Below, piece by piece: positions 25,776 to 48,349 of a stretch of DNA of 64,000 bases. The stretch is from Piromyces finnis finn (taxonomy: Eukaryota; Fungi; Neocallimastigomycota): the NCBI GenBank assembly GCA_002104945.1, contig MCFH01000019.1, positions 1 to 64,000 on the forward strand, read 5' to 3'. The notes under the pieces were generated by a model, which had not been told where the DNA came from, did not search any database, and saw only the letters and a program-made list of their open reading frames with translations. A program made the position numbers and the translations under genes. Numbering within the stretch: position 1 is the first letter of the stretch; every line of letters starts with the position of its first letter.

Positions 25776-27196
25776 ATGTTCCATAATACTTTTCAAGTAA
25801 ACTATTCATTATTTAAATAATTATAATAAGTCATAATATTTTTTAAAATAAAATAGAAATTTTTTAAAATGCATATTTAAATTTAATATTAACTTTTTAT
25901 TATTCCTAATATTCTGTATATTATAATATATAATAATATATAATTGCTTTTTATATATTGTTGGATGATCCATTATCAAAAAAAAAAAAAAAAAACTATT
26001 CTATTCAATTTTATTAAAATAATAACAGTCAGGATTCTTATCTATTCTTTATAGTATTGGGTAATTATTTTTTTTAAAAAAAAAAAAAAGATGTTCTTAT
26101 TAGAGCTTCAATAAAAAAAAAAAAAAAAGACTCTATAAAATAATAATATTTGACTAATTCTTATATATATAAATTTAAATTTAATATACTGATTTTTTAA
26201 TATATATTATACTATTTTATTTTGTATATCCCGTTTTACCTATCTTCATATAAAAAAAATAATAATAATAATAAATTATATTTAGTTCAAAACCACTTCA
26301 AATTTGGGATAAGCAAGTACGTAATGGACATATAAAACGTATTACAGATAACGATATTCAATCTTCAGTATTAGAAATTATTGGTACCAATGTTTCAACA
26401 AATTATATTACATGTCCAGTACAACAAAATAGAACTTTAGGTATTAAACTTCCTTTCTTAGTAATGATTATTAAGAACTTGAAAAAATACTTTACTTTTG
26501 AAGTTCAAGTTTTAGATGATAAGAATATTCGTAGAAGATTCAGAGCTAGTAACTACCAAGTAAGTCACTCCCACACATTTAATTAATTAAAAAAAAAACT
26601 ATAATAATTATATAAATTATATAAATTATAAAAAGAATATTTATATATAATCTATATAAATATATATTAATCATTTATTATTTTTTTTTCTATTATTATT
26701 ATTATTATTCATATTTTTATGGTTTAAAATAATATAATTACATTTATCTCTATTCCTATTTCACTATTATAACATTTTTTTTCTATTTTTTTTTTTTTTT
26801 TATTTATTCTTATTTGTTTCTTTAAATTACTTTTTTTTATTTGAAATTAATTATAATAATATTCATATATATTAAATAATAACAATAATAATATAAACTA
26901 TCATACATTTATTTTTTTTTAAAAAAAAAAATAAATAAATATTTTAAAAGTCAACAACAAGAGTAAAACCATTTATATGTACAATGCCAATGAGATTGGA
27001 TGACGGTTGGAATCAAATTCAATTCAATTTATCTGATTTTACCAGAAGAGCTTACGGTACTAATTATATTGAAACATTAAGAGTACAAATACATGCCAAT
27101 TGTCGTGTACGTCGTGTATACTTCTCTGATAGATTATATTCAGAAGAAGAATTACCACCAGAATTCAAATTATTCTTACCAATTCAAAAACAATAA
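25776..27196 (+). CDS. CFAP20: Cilia- and flagella-associated protein 20 (BUG22/GTL3), 4 exons, 190 aa
   Basis: Exons 25776-25796, 26029-26060, 26286-26559, 26951-27196 (573 nt) give [44 protein letters not shown]...[36 protein letters not shown]...[10 protein letters not shown], the highly conserved CFAP20 sequence. Confidence 0.98.
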
Positions 27197-28611
27197 ACAC
27201 TTTTAATATGCCTATACATACACCTAAACACCTACATTTTTACATACAAAATAGTCATTTAATGAAACTTTTTTTGTTTTATAAAATAATTAATTTTCTA
27301 ACCCTTTAATTCAATTCGTTTTTTTTTTTTTCTCTCTCTTATTATTTATTGTTTCTCTTTATTTTACCAAAAAATAAATATATTTATAAGGATTACAATT
27401 TATTTATTTATATTATAGTTATGTTACTTTTTTATTTATTTAAAAAAAAAAAAAAAAATCAAACTTCATATACAAACACAATACAATACAATATATATAC
27501 AATTTTAACATCATCATTATAAAAAGAAAAAAAAAAAAAAAAAAAAAAGAATAAAACCTTCATCCTTAACAATAATTATTTACATTAAAAAGCAAGGCTT
27601 ATATATAGTATTATTACAATTTATTTTTATTAATTATAATTATTAATCCTTTTATTATTATTTAATTTTTCTTTATTTTTTTCATTTTTAAAAGAAAAAA
27701 AAAAAAAATCAAAGATAAAATAATAAAATAACAATAATTTTCAATCCTAAAAAAACCTCATTTTATAAATAACCTATTTTATTACATATTTATTTATTTT
27801 TCATGAATACATATAAATGTTACAATAAAAAATAAAAAAATTAAAAAAAAAAAAAACAACAACAACAACAACTATACCTCAATTTAAAAAAGAAAAAAAA
27901 AGGATAATAATGAAAAAGAAAAATAAAAAGATAATTTTTGAAATTTCTTTTTTTATTATTATTATTATTACTATTATTATTATTAATATATATATTTATA
28001 TTTATGTTTTTTTTTTTTTTTTTTTTTTTCAATTTTTCAATATTCATAATTTTAATAATAAAAAAAAAAAAGAGAAAAGAAATATATATATATATATAAA
28101 GTGTAATTAAAGTTTTTATAAAGGGTCATAGAGTAGTAGTAGTAGTTATAAAATCCTATCCTACTACTCCTATTATTTTTTTTTTTTTTAATTATTAAAA
28201 GTTTATTGAAAATGTATAATATATTGATTTCTTTTTTTTTTTTTTTTTTTTATAATATATAAGTTGAGAATGAATGTTAAATTGATATTTAAAAAAAAAA
28301 AAAAAAATACTTTATGTATTTGTATATAGTTGTCAGTTGAAATAAATTATGAGTAAAATAAAATAAAATAAAATCATCTTTCAATAAATATATTATAAAT
28401 TATATATAAAATAACCATTGAAAAAAAAAAAAAAAAAAAAAAAAGAAATAGTATTGGAAATGAATAAGTACTTATAAAAGTTAAAAAAGAAATTTGATAA
28501 AAGTATTTAAAAAAGTCAGTAAATGATTAAAAATATATATATATATAAAATATATATGAAAAGTATATAAAATATTTAAAAAGATTTTTTTTAAAAAGGC
28601 TTTTTTTTTTT

Positions 28612-37734
<9,123 letters not shown>

Positions 37735-39075
37735 ATTCTTCTTTTGTTATTTATTATGTGGATAGGTAAAAGAAAAAAAAATAGTTGAATATATTATTTA
37801 AATGGTAATTGAATTGAATTAGAGGGGGGAAAAAAAATGGTTTTTGGTATATTGAAGAATAAATCAAATAATTTTTTATTTTTTATACATTTAATAAATA
37901 TAAAATTTTATTAAATGTATAGGATAACTTTGAAAAAAAAAAAAGTTGAATATATTATTCTTCTAAATGATTATAAAAAAAAAAAAGCTGTTTTTTTTTT
38001 TCTTGCTTTTGGGTCTTCTTGCTTTATCTTGTTTTTTTTTTCTTATAAAAATTTTTATATAAAGAAAATTTAAAAAAAAAAAAAATTGATTTTTCTATTT
38101 ATTTAATTATAATTAAAAAAAAAAAAAAAAAATTATTTAAATAATTTTAATTTAAATATAAAAAAAAAAGTGAAAAAAAAGAAAAAGTAATAATTATTAA
38201 ATGAGAATATAAAGGTATATAAAAAGAAATGATCATAATCAATATAAATATAAAAATGTACAAACTAAATTAATTATTTTAAATAATTTCAAATTTTATA
38301 AAAGAAAAACTCAAAGAAAAAATAAAAGTATGAATTTTATTTTATCATTTCTTCTTCTTCTTCAATATATATATAATTTCAAAAAAAAAAAAAAAAAAGT
38401 TGATAAAAGGGAAAAAAAGAAAATATAAAAATAAATATTAATGTGTATATTAAAAAAAAAAAAAAAAAAGGAAAACTAGATAGTATATACTAAAAATTTT
38501 ACAAGCAATGCATAATTTGTACTTTTAAATACTAGAAATGATGTAGTAGTAATTACTCTACCTACCACAAAGAATTATTTTAATATTCGCTATCTAATTT
38601 TTATTTCTTTAAACAAATTAAAAAACTGTTCCTATTCCACATCAACATGTTACCTTAATGTAATATAACATAATATATATCATAGTTTCCTATAATGAAA
38701 ATGTACTATTTTATTGTTATACCTTTTAATAATCATCCCTAAACTATGTTGCTTCCATAGTTTTGATTTAAATGGGTGTGAAAAGATGAATTAAAAAAAA
38801 AAAAAGAAATTAATTCAACACCCACCCACTTTATGATTCATTCCTTTTTTTATTCTTTCACTACACTTTTCAAAAAAAACAAATTGTTGTTGTTGTTGTT
38901 GTTATTATGATTAAAATACAAATACTTTATTAAAATGAATAGTGGTATTACATAGATATAATTTAAAAATGCTATAAAAAAAAAATTAAAAAAATTAAAG
39001 ATTACATATAAAAAAAAATTAAATAATTAAAATATAAAGATTGTCGTTTTCTTTTTTCATTCATTTTAAATGCTT

Positions 39076-39111
<36 letters not shown>

Positions 39112-40222
39112 AAACTTTTTTCTTTTTATAAAAAAATACATTTTGATTTTCTTTTAATATTTTTTTTTAAAATAAAAATTTAAAAAAAAAAAGGAAATAA
39201 AAAATAGAAAACTAAAAATGTATTCATTTTTCTCTATATATTTTTCTCTTTGAACAAAAAAAAAAAAAAAGGAAAAAAACAAAAGATAGGAAAATATTGA
39301 ACAAAATGAGGGGGAAAAAAAGAAAACAAAATGAAAACTCTCTTTTTTCTTTTTTAAGCCTTTTTGTTCATCTATTTTCATTATTTACTTTTTTTTTTTT
39401 AAAAAAAAAAAAAAAAACTATATTTTGATATATTGTGCTTATATCATATAATTAGATACTATATTGTGTCTCTTTTTTTCTATAATTTCTAATAAATATA
39501 TCTTAATTTTGATTATAAAAATTAATACATTTCAATTATTATTTTTCAACTCTAAATAAAAATTGAAACTTTTTTTTTTTTCATTTCTTATTTTTCAAAG
39601 TTTAATCTTCTATTTTTTTTAAACATAACATTATATTTTAATTTTTTTTTTTTTTTTCTTATTTTAAATTTTTGTTGTATACTTTTGATATTGATTAAAA
39701 ATTTATAATCCGCTAGTATTTATTAAGGAAAAACGTTAAATATGGTTGAGAATAAATCTTGCGTGTGTTAAAAAAAAAAAAAAGTTTTGTCTTTTTTAAT
39801 TCTTTTTGGATTTCTTATTTTGATTGCATATTGAAATTATACTTTTTATATATACGCTTGTTTAATGTCAAATAAATTAATATACTAAATAAATACTTTA
39901 TATGAAATAAAAAGTTATTATTTATTATTATTGACTATTCATTATGGTATATTTATTTAAATTATATTAAATTGACTATTTATAAAAATATATATATATA
40001 TTTTTTCAATCACAAAAATTAATATACATGGAATGTTTTTTTTCTAACCCTATAGGCAAGTCTAGCATAATTAAAATAATAAAAACATTCTTTATATTAA
40101 CTCTTTTTTTTGAGAAATTGTTATAGAATGTGAATTAAAAAATGGATTAATTTGTTTACATAATATAATGTTACATTATAAATATTTAATTATTCATTTA
40201 GATGTGAATTTTTTTTATTCAT

Positions 40223-42308
40223 TTATACATAAATCTTCTTCTTTCTCATAGCGTTTTTCTTTATGGCAATGGTTTTAACAACACCTTCCATGATATCCAT
40301 CATATTATAATATTTACAGAAGTTGTAACCTAAATCTTGTGGGTCATCATTCTTAAAAAAAATAAAATATTAATCATTAATGTCTTATGGGAAAAAAAAT
40401 ACACTATATAGTATTAATATCGTAAAATAATAAACTTACTTCATGGATAGAAATGTATCTTGGACCATCCTTTAACATAAATTTAATTTTACCTAATAAT
40501 TCACCCTTTCCCTTATTATAGGTACCTTGTTGGTAGTTTTCACTCTTATTGTATCTATTGGAATTGTTACTGTAATGACTATTGTTAGACTTGATGTAGG
40601 AACGGCGGTAACGGTTGTTAGCATTGCCATTTTGATCTTGGTATTGGTTAGACTTTTGACTGTTGAAGGATTGTCTACGTCTTGGTTTTGGTCTAGCGTT
40701 ATCATTGGCATCAGAGTGTAAGGAATCGGTATCCTTCTTGTAGTAGGAAGAACGCTTATTAGTACCATTTCTACTGTATTTAGCAGAGTTTCTGTTAGAG
40801 GCTTCAGATCTTGGACCCTTCTTGTAGTAACTGTTACTTCTTCTTGGTTTATATTTATTGACAGAGTTGACATCATCGTTAACTTGAGAGTCGGAATTTA
40901 AGGTTGGAAGAGAGTCTTCTTCACTGTAAGAAGACTTGGATTCTTGACTCTTCTTCATCTTTAAGGAAACTTGAGTGATGTTGAGATCTTCAGCAATGAC
41001 TCCCTTTGATTTCTTTTCTTTGGATTGGGTAGTTAATTCGTCCTTGGTTGGTTCTTTAGCAATCTTTTGGATTGGAACAATTAAATCTTCTGGGTTTGGA
41101 GCTGGTTTTTCTTCAAGAGTAGTAGCTTCTAAACCGTCAACTAAACGCTTGATAGATTCACCTTCAAGAATACATTCATCACCAACACAATATTGTTGAC
41201 AAGTGTTTAAGATGTTTTCAACACCGTTTAATACTAAAGATTCTAAACGAGTACACTTTAAACCAACTTCCTTGATACTTCTAGTAGTGATATTATAACA
41301 GTATGAAAGATCAAGGAATCTGAGTTTAGAGTCTTCATTTTCAGCTAAAGCGTTCAATGAGCTATCAGTGATTTGATCACAGAAAGATATATCTAAAGTG
41401 GTAAGACCCTTTAATTTACTAGCTAATTTAACAATAGAGTGATCAGTAACATTTTGACAATTTTCAAGGATAACGGTTTCAATTTCTGGGCAACGAGAAA
41501 CAACCCAATCTAACATTTGATCAGTAATTGGACTATTACGAAGATTTAAAGTAACTAATGGACGAGTGAAACTTTCATCACCCATATCAACTGGAGAAGT
41601 AGATTCCTTACTATCACCAAGATTTAATTCACGAATATTTTTTAAACTGATTAAAGCAGCTGGAATAATACCAACAGAGACATTTGTGAAAGATAAATCA
41701 ATTTTTTCTAAATCTTTACATTGTTTACAAAGTTGTGGAATGAAAGCATCAGTTAAACCAACACAACCTGGTAAATATAAGTTCTTTAATTGTGGGCAGT
41801 GATTACCAATAGAATGTAAAAGAATGTTGGTAACATTTGGGGAATTTGAGATAGTAAAAGTATCTAAATTAGTAAGTGGCTTTAAAGCATTTTCGATATC
41901 ACCCATCCAAATATCAGCAGTACCTGAAATTTCTAAACTTTTAACTAAAAGTTTATAATTGTTTTCAGAGCTGCTTTCATTAATAGCCTTTAAAAACTTT
42001 TCAAAACAATTTGAAGATGTAATCATAACATTTTGGTATAATGATTCAATAATTGGTTTTGACCAGGTTTTACAAACAGTTAATAACTTGTATTTTTCTT
42101 CACATGAAAGGTATTGGAAAATTAATTTTAAAATTTTTTCAGAGAATAATCCCTTACTTTCACCTTCACTAAAATATAATAATATACATATAAAAAATTA
42201 ATATTTCATCATTCTATTAAAAAAATAAGATTTAAAATTATGCATTTTTCTATATGCATTTTTTTTAAAAAAAATCTATATAGATATTTACCTGTTTTCA
42301 ACTGACAT
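40223..42308 (-). CDS. F-box / leucine-rich-repeat protein (FBXL/Grr1-like substrate receptor) with basic disordered tail, 3 exons
   Basis: Exons 42308-42292, 42168-40440, 40351-40223. F-box-like segment: LFSEKILKLIFQYLSCEEKYKLLTVCKTWSKPIIESLY. Cys-containing LRRs: LKNLYLPGCVGLTD, LEKIDLSFTNVS, IETVILENCQNVTD, LTTLDISFCDQITD, LRFLDLSYCYNIT. An R/S/N/Y-rich region and a small C-terminal domain follow. Confidence 0.85.
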
Positions 42309-45300
42309 GATTGTTATTTATTATATAAATTCTATAAAATATAAATAATAATTTATATTATTAGTTCATACTATTCATTTACTACTACTTTATATTGATT
42401 TCTTTATTTTTTTTTAAAAAAAATGATATTTATTTTTCTATTATGTTTTTTATATATTTTTCTAAAAAAGGAAACTTTTAGCGATTTAAATTATTCACTG
42501 ATTTTTTTTTATTAATTTTAAATTTCTTATCATTATTCTATTATTATAATTATTCTATCCATACAACTTTGGAATTAAAAAGAGTACTATAAAACAAAAA
42601 TAGTTTAAAATTGATAAAAAAAAAACATCCAATTGATATAATCTACTTTTTTTATCCAATGTTGTCTAATTTTTTATTTATTTATTTGGTTTATATTTAT
42701 TTAGCGGTGTATTTTATATTTTTTATTATTGCCTATAGTTTAGCGCAAGTATTTTTTTTTCTTTTGATTAGTTTTTAATATTTCTTATTTTAAAAAAAAA
42801 TATATTTTAAACTATTTTTTTTCTTTTTTTTTCTTTTTTTTACTTCTTTATAATACTATATTACACTATTTTTTTTATCAAGGTACTATTTGTATTTCCA
42901 AAGAATTCATCAAGTTAACAAGTTAATCAATAGTTACTTTTAATAAGAAAAAAAGTTGCTTGTGTGTATGTGTTTATATGCGTATATGTAATAGATATTG
43001 TGCGCCTGCTGAATATTTATTTTATTAATAAATATAAATAAATTGAACAAAAAAAAGTGTTATATAAAGAAAAGAAAAGAAAAAAAAAACTAAAAATGCG
43101 TGTTTTTTTAAAAAAAAAAAAAAAGTGTTAATTTGTCAATGATTTAAAATTGAGTAAAGAAATGAACAAAATATAAATAAATAAATAAAAAAAAAATTTT
43201 AAAACTATTTTTTTTTTTTTTTAAATAATTAATAGAATTAAAAATTATTTAATTTTATGATTCAATAATTAGGAATAAAATATTAATAATAAATAATAAT
43301 AATAATTTAAATTTATTCTTTTTTTTTTTAATATATTTTTTTTTTTTGACTATAATAAGAAATAAAAAATTTAATATAGAATAAGGTTTTTTTTTTGAGT
43401 AAATGTAATGATTTATTTAATCATTAATTGTTTTATTCATTGATATATGAATGAATTGCAGTGGTAAAGTTTAGAAAGAACACTGCTATTATTCCTATAA
43501 TTTACTTGATATTTATTTATTTATTATATATTTATTCATTTATTATTGAAAAGAAATGCACTTTTGTATCAACATTTAAAATAAAAAAAAGAATTATATA
43601 TATTACAATATATTTTAACTATATATTATGGAATATTTTTAATTTTAAAAAAAAATGTACTTTTTACATTATCTCATATATTATAATTCAATATAAAAAA
43701 AATGGATTATTTCCTTTTAGAGAAGCATCACCTACACCAAAACAATCACCAAATAAACTAAATAGAAACATTTCTTCTAAATTAATTCAACAACACTAAC
43801 GTTTAGTTTTAAAAGTCAATGCGTTATTTCATCATCTTTTAAAGGTATAATGGATTCTTTTTTTTTACCTTATTGCTGCTACCCTCACCTTAGCTTTCCT
43901 TATTTCCTGGTTGTTGTCTGATGTTTTGCTACGCTTTCCACCAAAGAATTTTTATATTAAAATTTAAGGATGTTCATGTATTTCCATATATTACAATATA
44001 TGCTTTGAATATAATCAATAATAATTTAATATAATTAAACATTTATTTATTGAATTGATTCTATATATATTAATTAATTAATTAATTATATAAGTAGCCA
44101 ATCAAAATCCTGTACCAATATTCATTTTTTCATTATTTAAAAAGGTAATTTATTCTTTTTTTTTTTTTACTAAATAAGTAAAATAAAAAAGAAAACAATT
44201 TTATTTATAGTTTATTATATGGTATAATATATTGTAATATATTGTGATTTATAATTGATAATTAAAAAAGGGAAATATTAAAAAGAAAAAATATATTAAA
44301 AATAGAATATTCAATAAAAGATTTTATTATGAACAAAAGAGGAGAAAGGAAGGAAAGGAAGGAAATAAGAAAAATTAAGTAAAAATGGAAAGGACAATTG
44401 TTGCTGGTGCTGTTGCTGTTGCTGCCTCCTACAATAATAACAATTAATTTTTTATTTTTTTATTTTTTTAAAAAAAAAATTGATATTTTATGGAAATTGT
44501 GGGTGATTAAGGCAAAATGAATTAAATTTTGATGTAGATGTGGCGTTAACATTTTCACTATATATATCTTTTTTTTTTGTCTTGTAATTGTAGCATTAAA
44601 TAATGTAAGTAACAATAGTGATGTATCTCAATCGTTCAAAGTTTATTGTTAAAGGATGAAATAGCAACAATAACTTTTTTTATATATAATCTGTGTGTTG
44701 TTATTAAAATAATTATTAATCTCTTTTTATTTTATCATAAACTATTTTTTGTAATAAAGTAGAAAGGTCTTTCCATTAATATTGTTTTATATTAGTTTTT
44801 TTAATTGTATTTGCTCTCTACCAATGATAATAATAATACTTAGAATAATAATTAGAATAATAGGAATAGGAATACTAATTAATATGTGAACCAACAACCA
44901 TCATTAAGCAATAATTAAATAATAAATAGAATAAATTGTCATAATAAAAACAATATTTAAAGTAATATTATAAAGGTTAAATTAAACCATTTTAATTATT
45001 GAAATAAATAATTAAACTATTGGGATTTAATCTATTTAATAAGAAAAGTTGTTTTTTTTTTTTACCTAAGAAATGATCATTGCTATTATAACTAACTAAC
45101 CCTATCAGTTGTTGTAATTGATCGTGTATACCATTATTAATATATTATTCATAGTGTATGCTGTAATTGATATCCTACTGACAATGTATGTTGTTGTTAT
45201 TGCACTTATTTTTATAAAATAGCACTCTACATACACGATATTGAACGACTCTTTTTATTAATTTAAAATTTTTTGTGTTTCATTTATTTTCTTTCCAAAA

Positions 45301-46315
45301 AAAGTAATTTTTATAATTATTTAATTTTAATTATATGTATAAAAAAAAAAAATAAATGATAGAACTGTAGAAAGAGGGTATTTAATGAATGAATGAAATC
45401 TACTAATAAAAATAACGACATTAACGGTAGCAACAACAATAAAACTAATAATGATAACAATAATCCTTATAATAAAATTAATGCATTTATAACTTTTAAT
45501 ATTAAACTTTTTTAATTAAATAAAGTTGGCTTTTTTTTTTTTTTTTTTTTTTTTTGGCTTTTAAATTTTTACTAAAAAAATTTCAATTAATCTAACCTTT
45601 TTAATTAACCTTTTTTTTTTTAAAAAAAATTACAAGCCAAAACTTTTTAATTAGAAAAGATGACTGTTGAATAGAATGTCAAATTTAATGTTATTTTTTC
45701 TATCCTTATTATTCTGTTAGATGAATGATATATAACATTATTTTATATATCAAATTACTAAAAAAAAAAGATTTTTATATACGATGAAATCAAAAAACAA
45801 ACAATAATGTGCTAATAATAAAACATACTTTTTTACATATTTATAAAAATAGTTTAAAAGTGAAAACACTAAAAAATATACTTTTTATCTATGTTATTCG
45901 ACTATCTTTTTTTTTTTTTTTTTTTAAAAAAAGTGGATTTTATAAAATAACTTGATATTTTATATTTATTGAATTTTTAATAATTTAATTTAGTTGTGTT
46001 TTGTATAGATATATATAATATAAATATAAAGAGAAAAATAAAAAATAATAGAGATATAAATTAGATTATTTTATTTATTTATCTATTCTATATATTGAAT
46101 AATTTTGGATAATAAATTAGATTTCTTTTTTTTTTTTTTTTTTAAATGCTTTCTATAAGGATTAAAATTGTAGTGTTGAATGAAAATAAAGAGATGCTAA
46201 TAATAAAAAAAAAATAAAAAAAAAAAAGGCATGTATGAAGTTTTTTTTTTATCTTTCGATAATCATAATATAAAATTAATAATAAAGGTAGTAGAAAAAA
46301 AAAAAAAAAAAAGGA

Positions 46316-48349
46316 TTATTGTTTCATTTCATTTCCATCTTTTTTAACAACAGTTAAACTCTTAAACATTTCATCAATAGATTCCATTCTAATTTTACGT
46401 TTGAAACTGTCTTTAATACCAGTTCTTGAACTGGAATTATCAAAAAGTTTTGATGATAAAATTGAAGATTTTAATTTTGATTTATCTCCCTTGGTAATGG
46501 AATTATTACTTCTACTTTGTTTTTGTCTTTGTCTTATTTTTTCTCTCTTTATTCTTTGCTTTTCTTTTTTGGTTAATCTTCCGGTTTTTAAAAGAAGTGG
46601 ATTAATGGTTCTTTCTTGGGAATATAAATTTTTTTCCTTCTTAATTTTTTCTAATTGCCAGTATACATATTCTTCATCACCTTTTTTTTTTTTTTTTTTT
46701 TTTAAATATTAATATATTATTTTTATAAAAAAAAATAAAAAAAAATTAATATTACAAAGAATATAATAAAAAGAAACATATCAATGATGGTGTATTACTT
46801 TACATATTTTTTTATTTTATATATTATCATTATTCATTCAATTTATTTCATTTAGTAAAGAAATAAATATTTACCTTCTAATGGATGGAAATCTAGTTTT
46901 TCTTCCATACCTCTAACAGTGATACCACCATTTCTGAAAACAATATTAACTAATTCTTTGGCAACACTTTGCTTAAACTTTACATAACCAAACTTATTAC
47001 CATAGTCGAAATCAACAAATGAAACTTGGGCATATTGTTCAAAAGCTTGCTATTGATTAAAAATAAATAGATGGATAATGAGATTTATGGATGAATATCA
47101 ATGTTGATATATATATTTTTTTGAAAAATAAATAAATAAATAAAAACATAATAAATAATATTTACTTTAATAAATTCTCTTTGGACATTTTCTTCTACCG
47201 GTCCAAATTGGGCAACCTTGTTAAGTGGATAGGCTTTTGGAAGTTTAGATTTTACAATTTCAACATCTGGTTTTCTATTTTAAAATGATCATAAATATTT
47301 TATTTAGAATAATGTTAATTCTTCGTTCATCATCCCTTTTATTTTATTTTATTTTTTTTTTTAAAAAAAAAGTATATGGCATCTTTTCGATTATACCTGA
47401 TAGTTCTAACATAAATTCTTTGATCTTCATAGGTTATTGGTGTAACAAGAGTATTGATTATTGGATTAACTTCATAAAAATCAACAATGTAGGTACCCTT
47501 TATAATGAACATGAAGTAAAATTTAATAGAATTAATAATTAATATCTCGATGTTTTAACATGATAAATATATTATTAATTTAAGGGCTATTTTTTTATTT
47601 TATTGAATGATGCTTACTTCTTTAGTTCCAAAAGAAATATTTTCAACACCCCCGTACTTTGAAAATATAGTTTGAATTTCAATGGGTGAAATAGAATCTG
47701 TAAAACCAGACTATTTTACATATTATATAAATATATTGATATTGAACATTTGTTATTGAAATTTTATTTTAATTATTATCTATTAAATTCATTTCATGGT
47801 TTCAAATGATTTGACAATCCTTTTTAAATTATAAAAAAATATAAAAACGTAAAAACTTACAACTTCTAAACTACAATTCAATGGTTTCTTTTGTGGAATA
47901 TTAGCTGGAGAAAATGGTGATTTTCTTCTCAAGTATTGATAATCATTGGTAAATTCAACAAAATCATTACCTTGATTGACTAAAATATTCAAAATCGCAT
48001 TCTTATCTTCAGTAATAGCCTTGACTCTTTTAAATGAAAATAAAGTTTCAACAGGAAGCCCTAATAATAATAGAAACATAATGAAAGATTTTTTTTTTTT
48101 TTTTCCATGGGTATTTGAAATTTATATTAAAAAATGTTTTTCGTATTATTATGGAATTTCCTTTAGAATATTTATAATATATAAAATTTAATGGTAATAT
48201 TGTTTATTTTAATTCATTTACATACATCCGTTTAAAGTCCATTCGGTTTTTGGGCAGCTTGAAAGCACTGATTTAATTTCTTGGTCACTTAAATAAAATT
48301 TGAATAATTCTAAAATTCTTAAAGGAACAGATTCGAATTCAACTTCCAT
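46316..48349 (-). CDS. La-family RNA-binding protein (La motif + RRM1 + xRRM; LARP7/Pof8/p65-like or divergent La), 7 exons, 388 aa
   Basis: Exons 48349-48226, 48060-47861, 47710-47618, 47497-47397, 47274-47166, 47049-46875, 46680-46316 (1167 nt, in frame). La-motif-like: NGWLPVETLFSFKRVKAIT...LRRKSP. RRM1: LEVSGF...IFSKYGGVENI...GTYIVDF. Second RRM: AFEQYAQVSFVDFDYGNKFGYVKFK, ending in HPLEGDEEYVYWQ, the xRRM alpha3 signature. A Lys/Arg-rich tail follows. Confidence 0.75.

Noticed and set aside
40493-42201. Overlapping alternative-frame and antisense ORFs in the F-box gene (40493-40876, 40527-40721, 40975-41199, 41566-41802, 41959-42201)
   Set aside because: Explained by the codon bias of the main frame. 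No independent signals.
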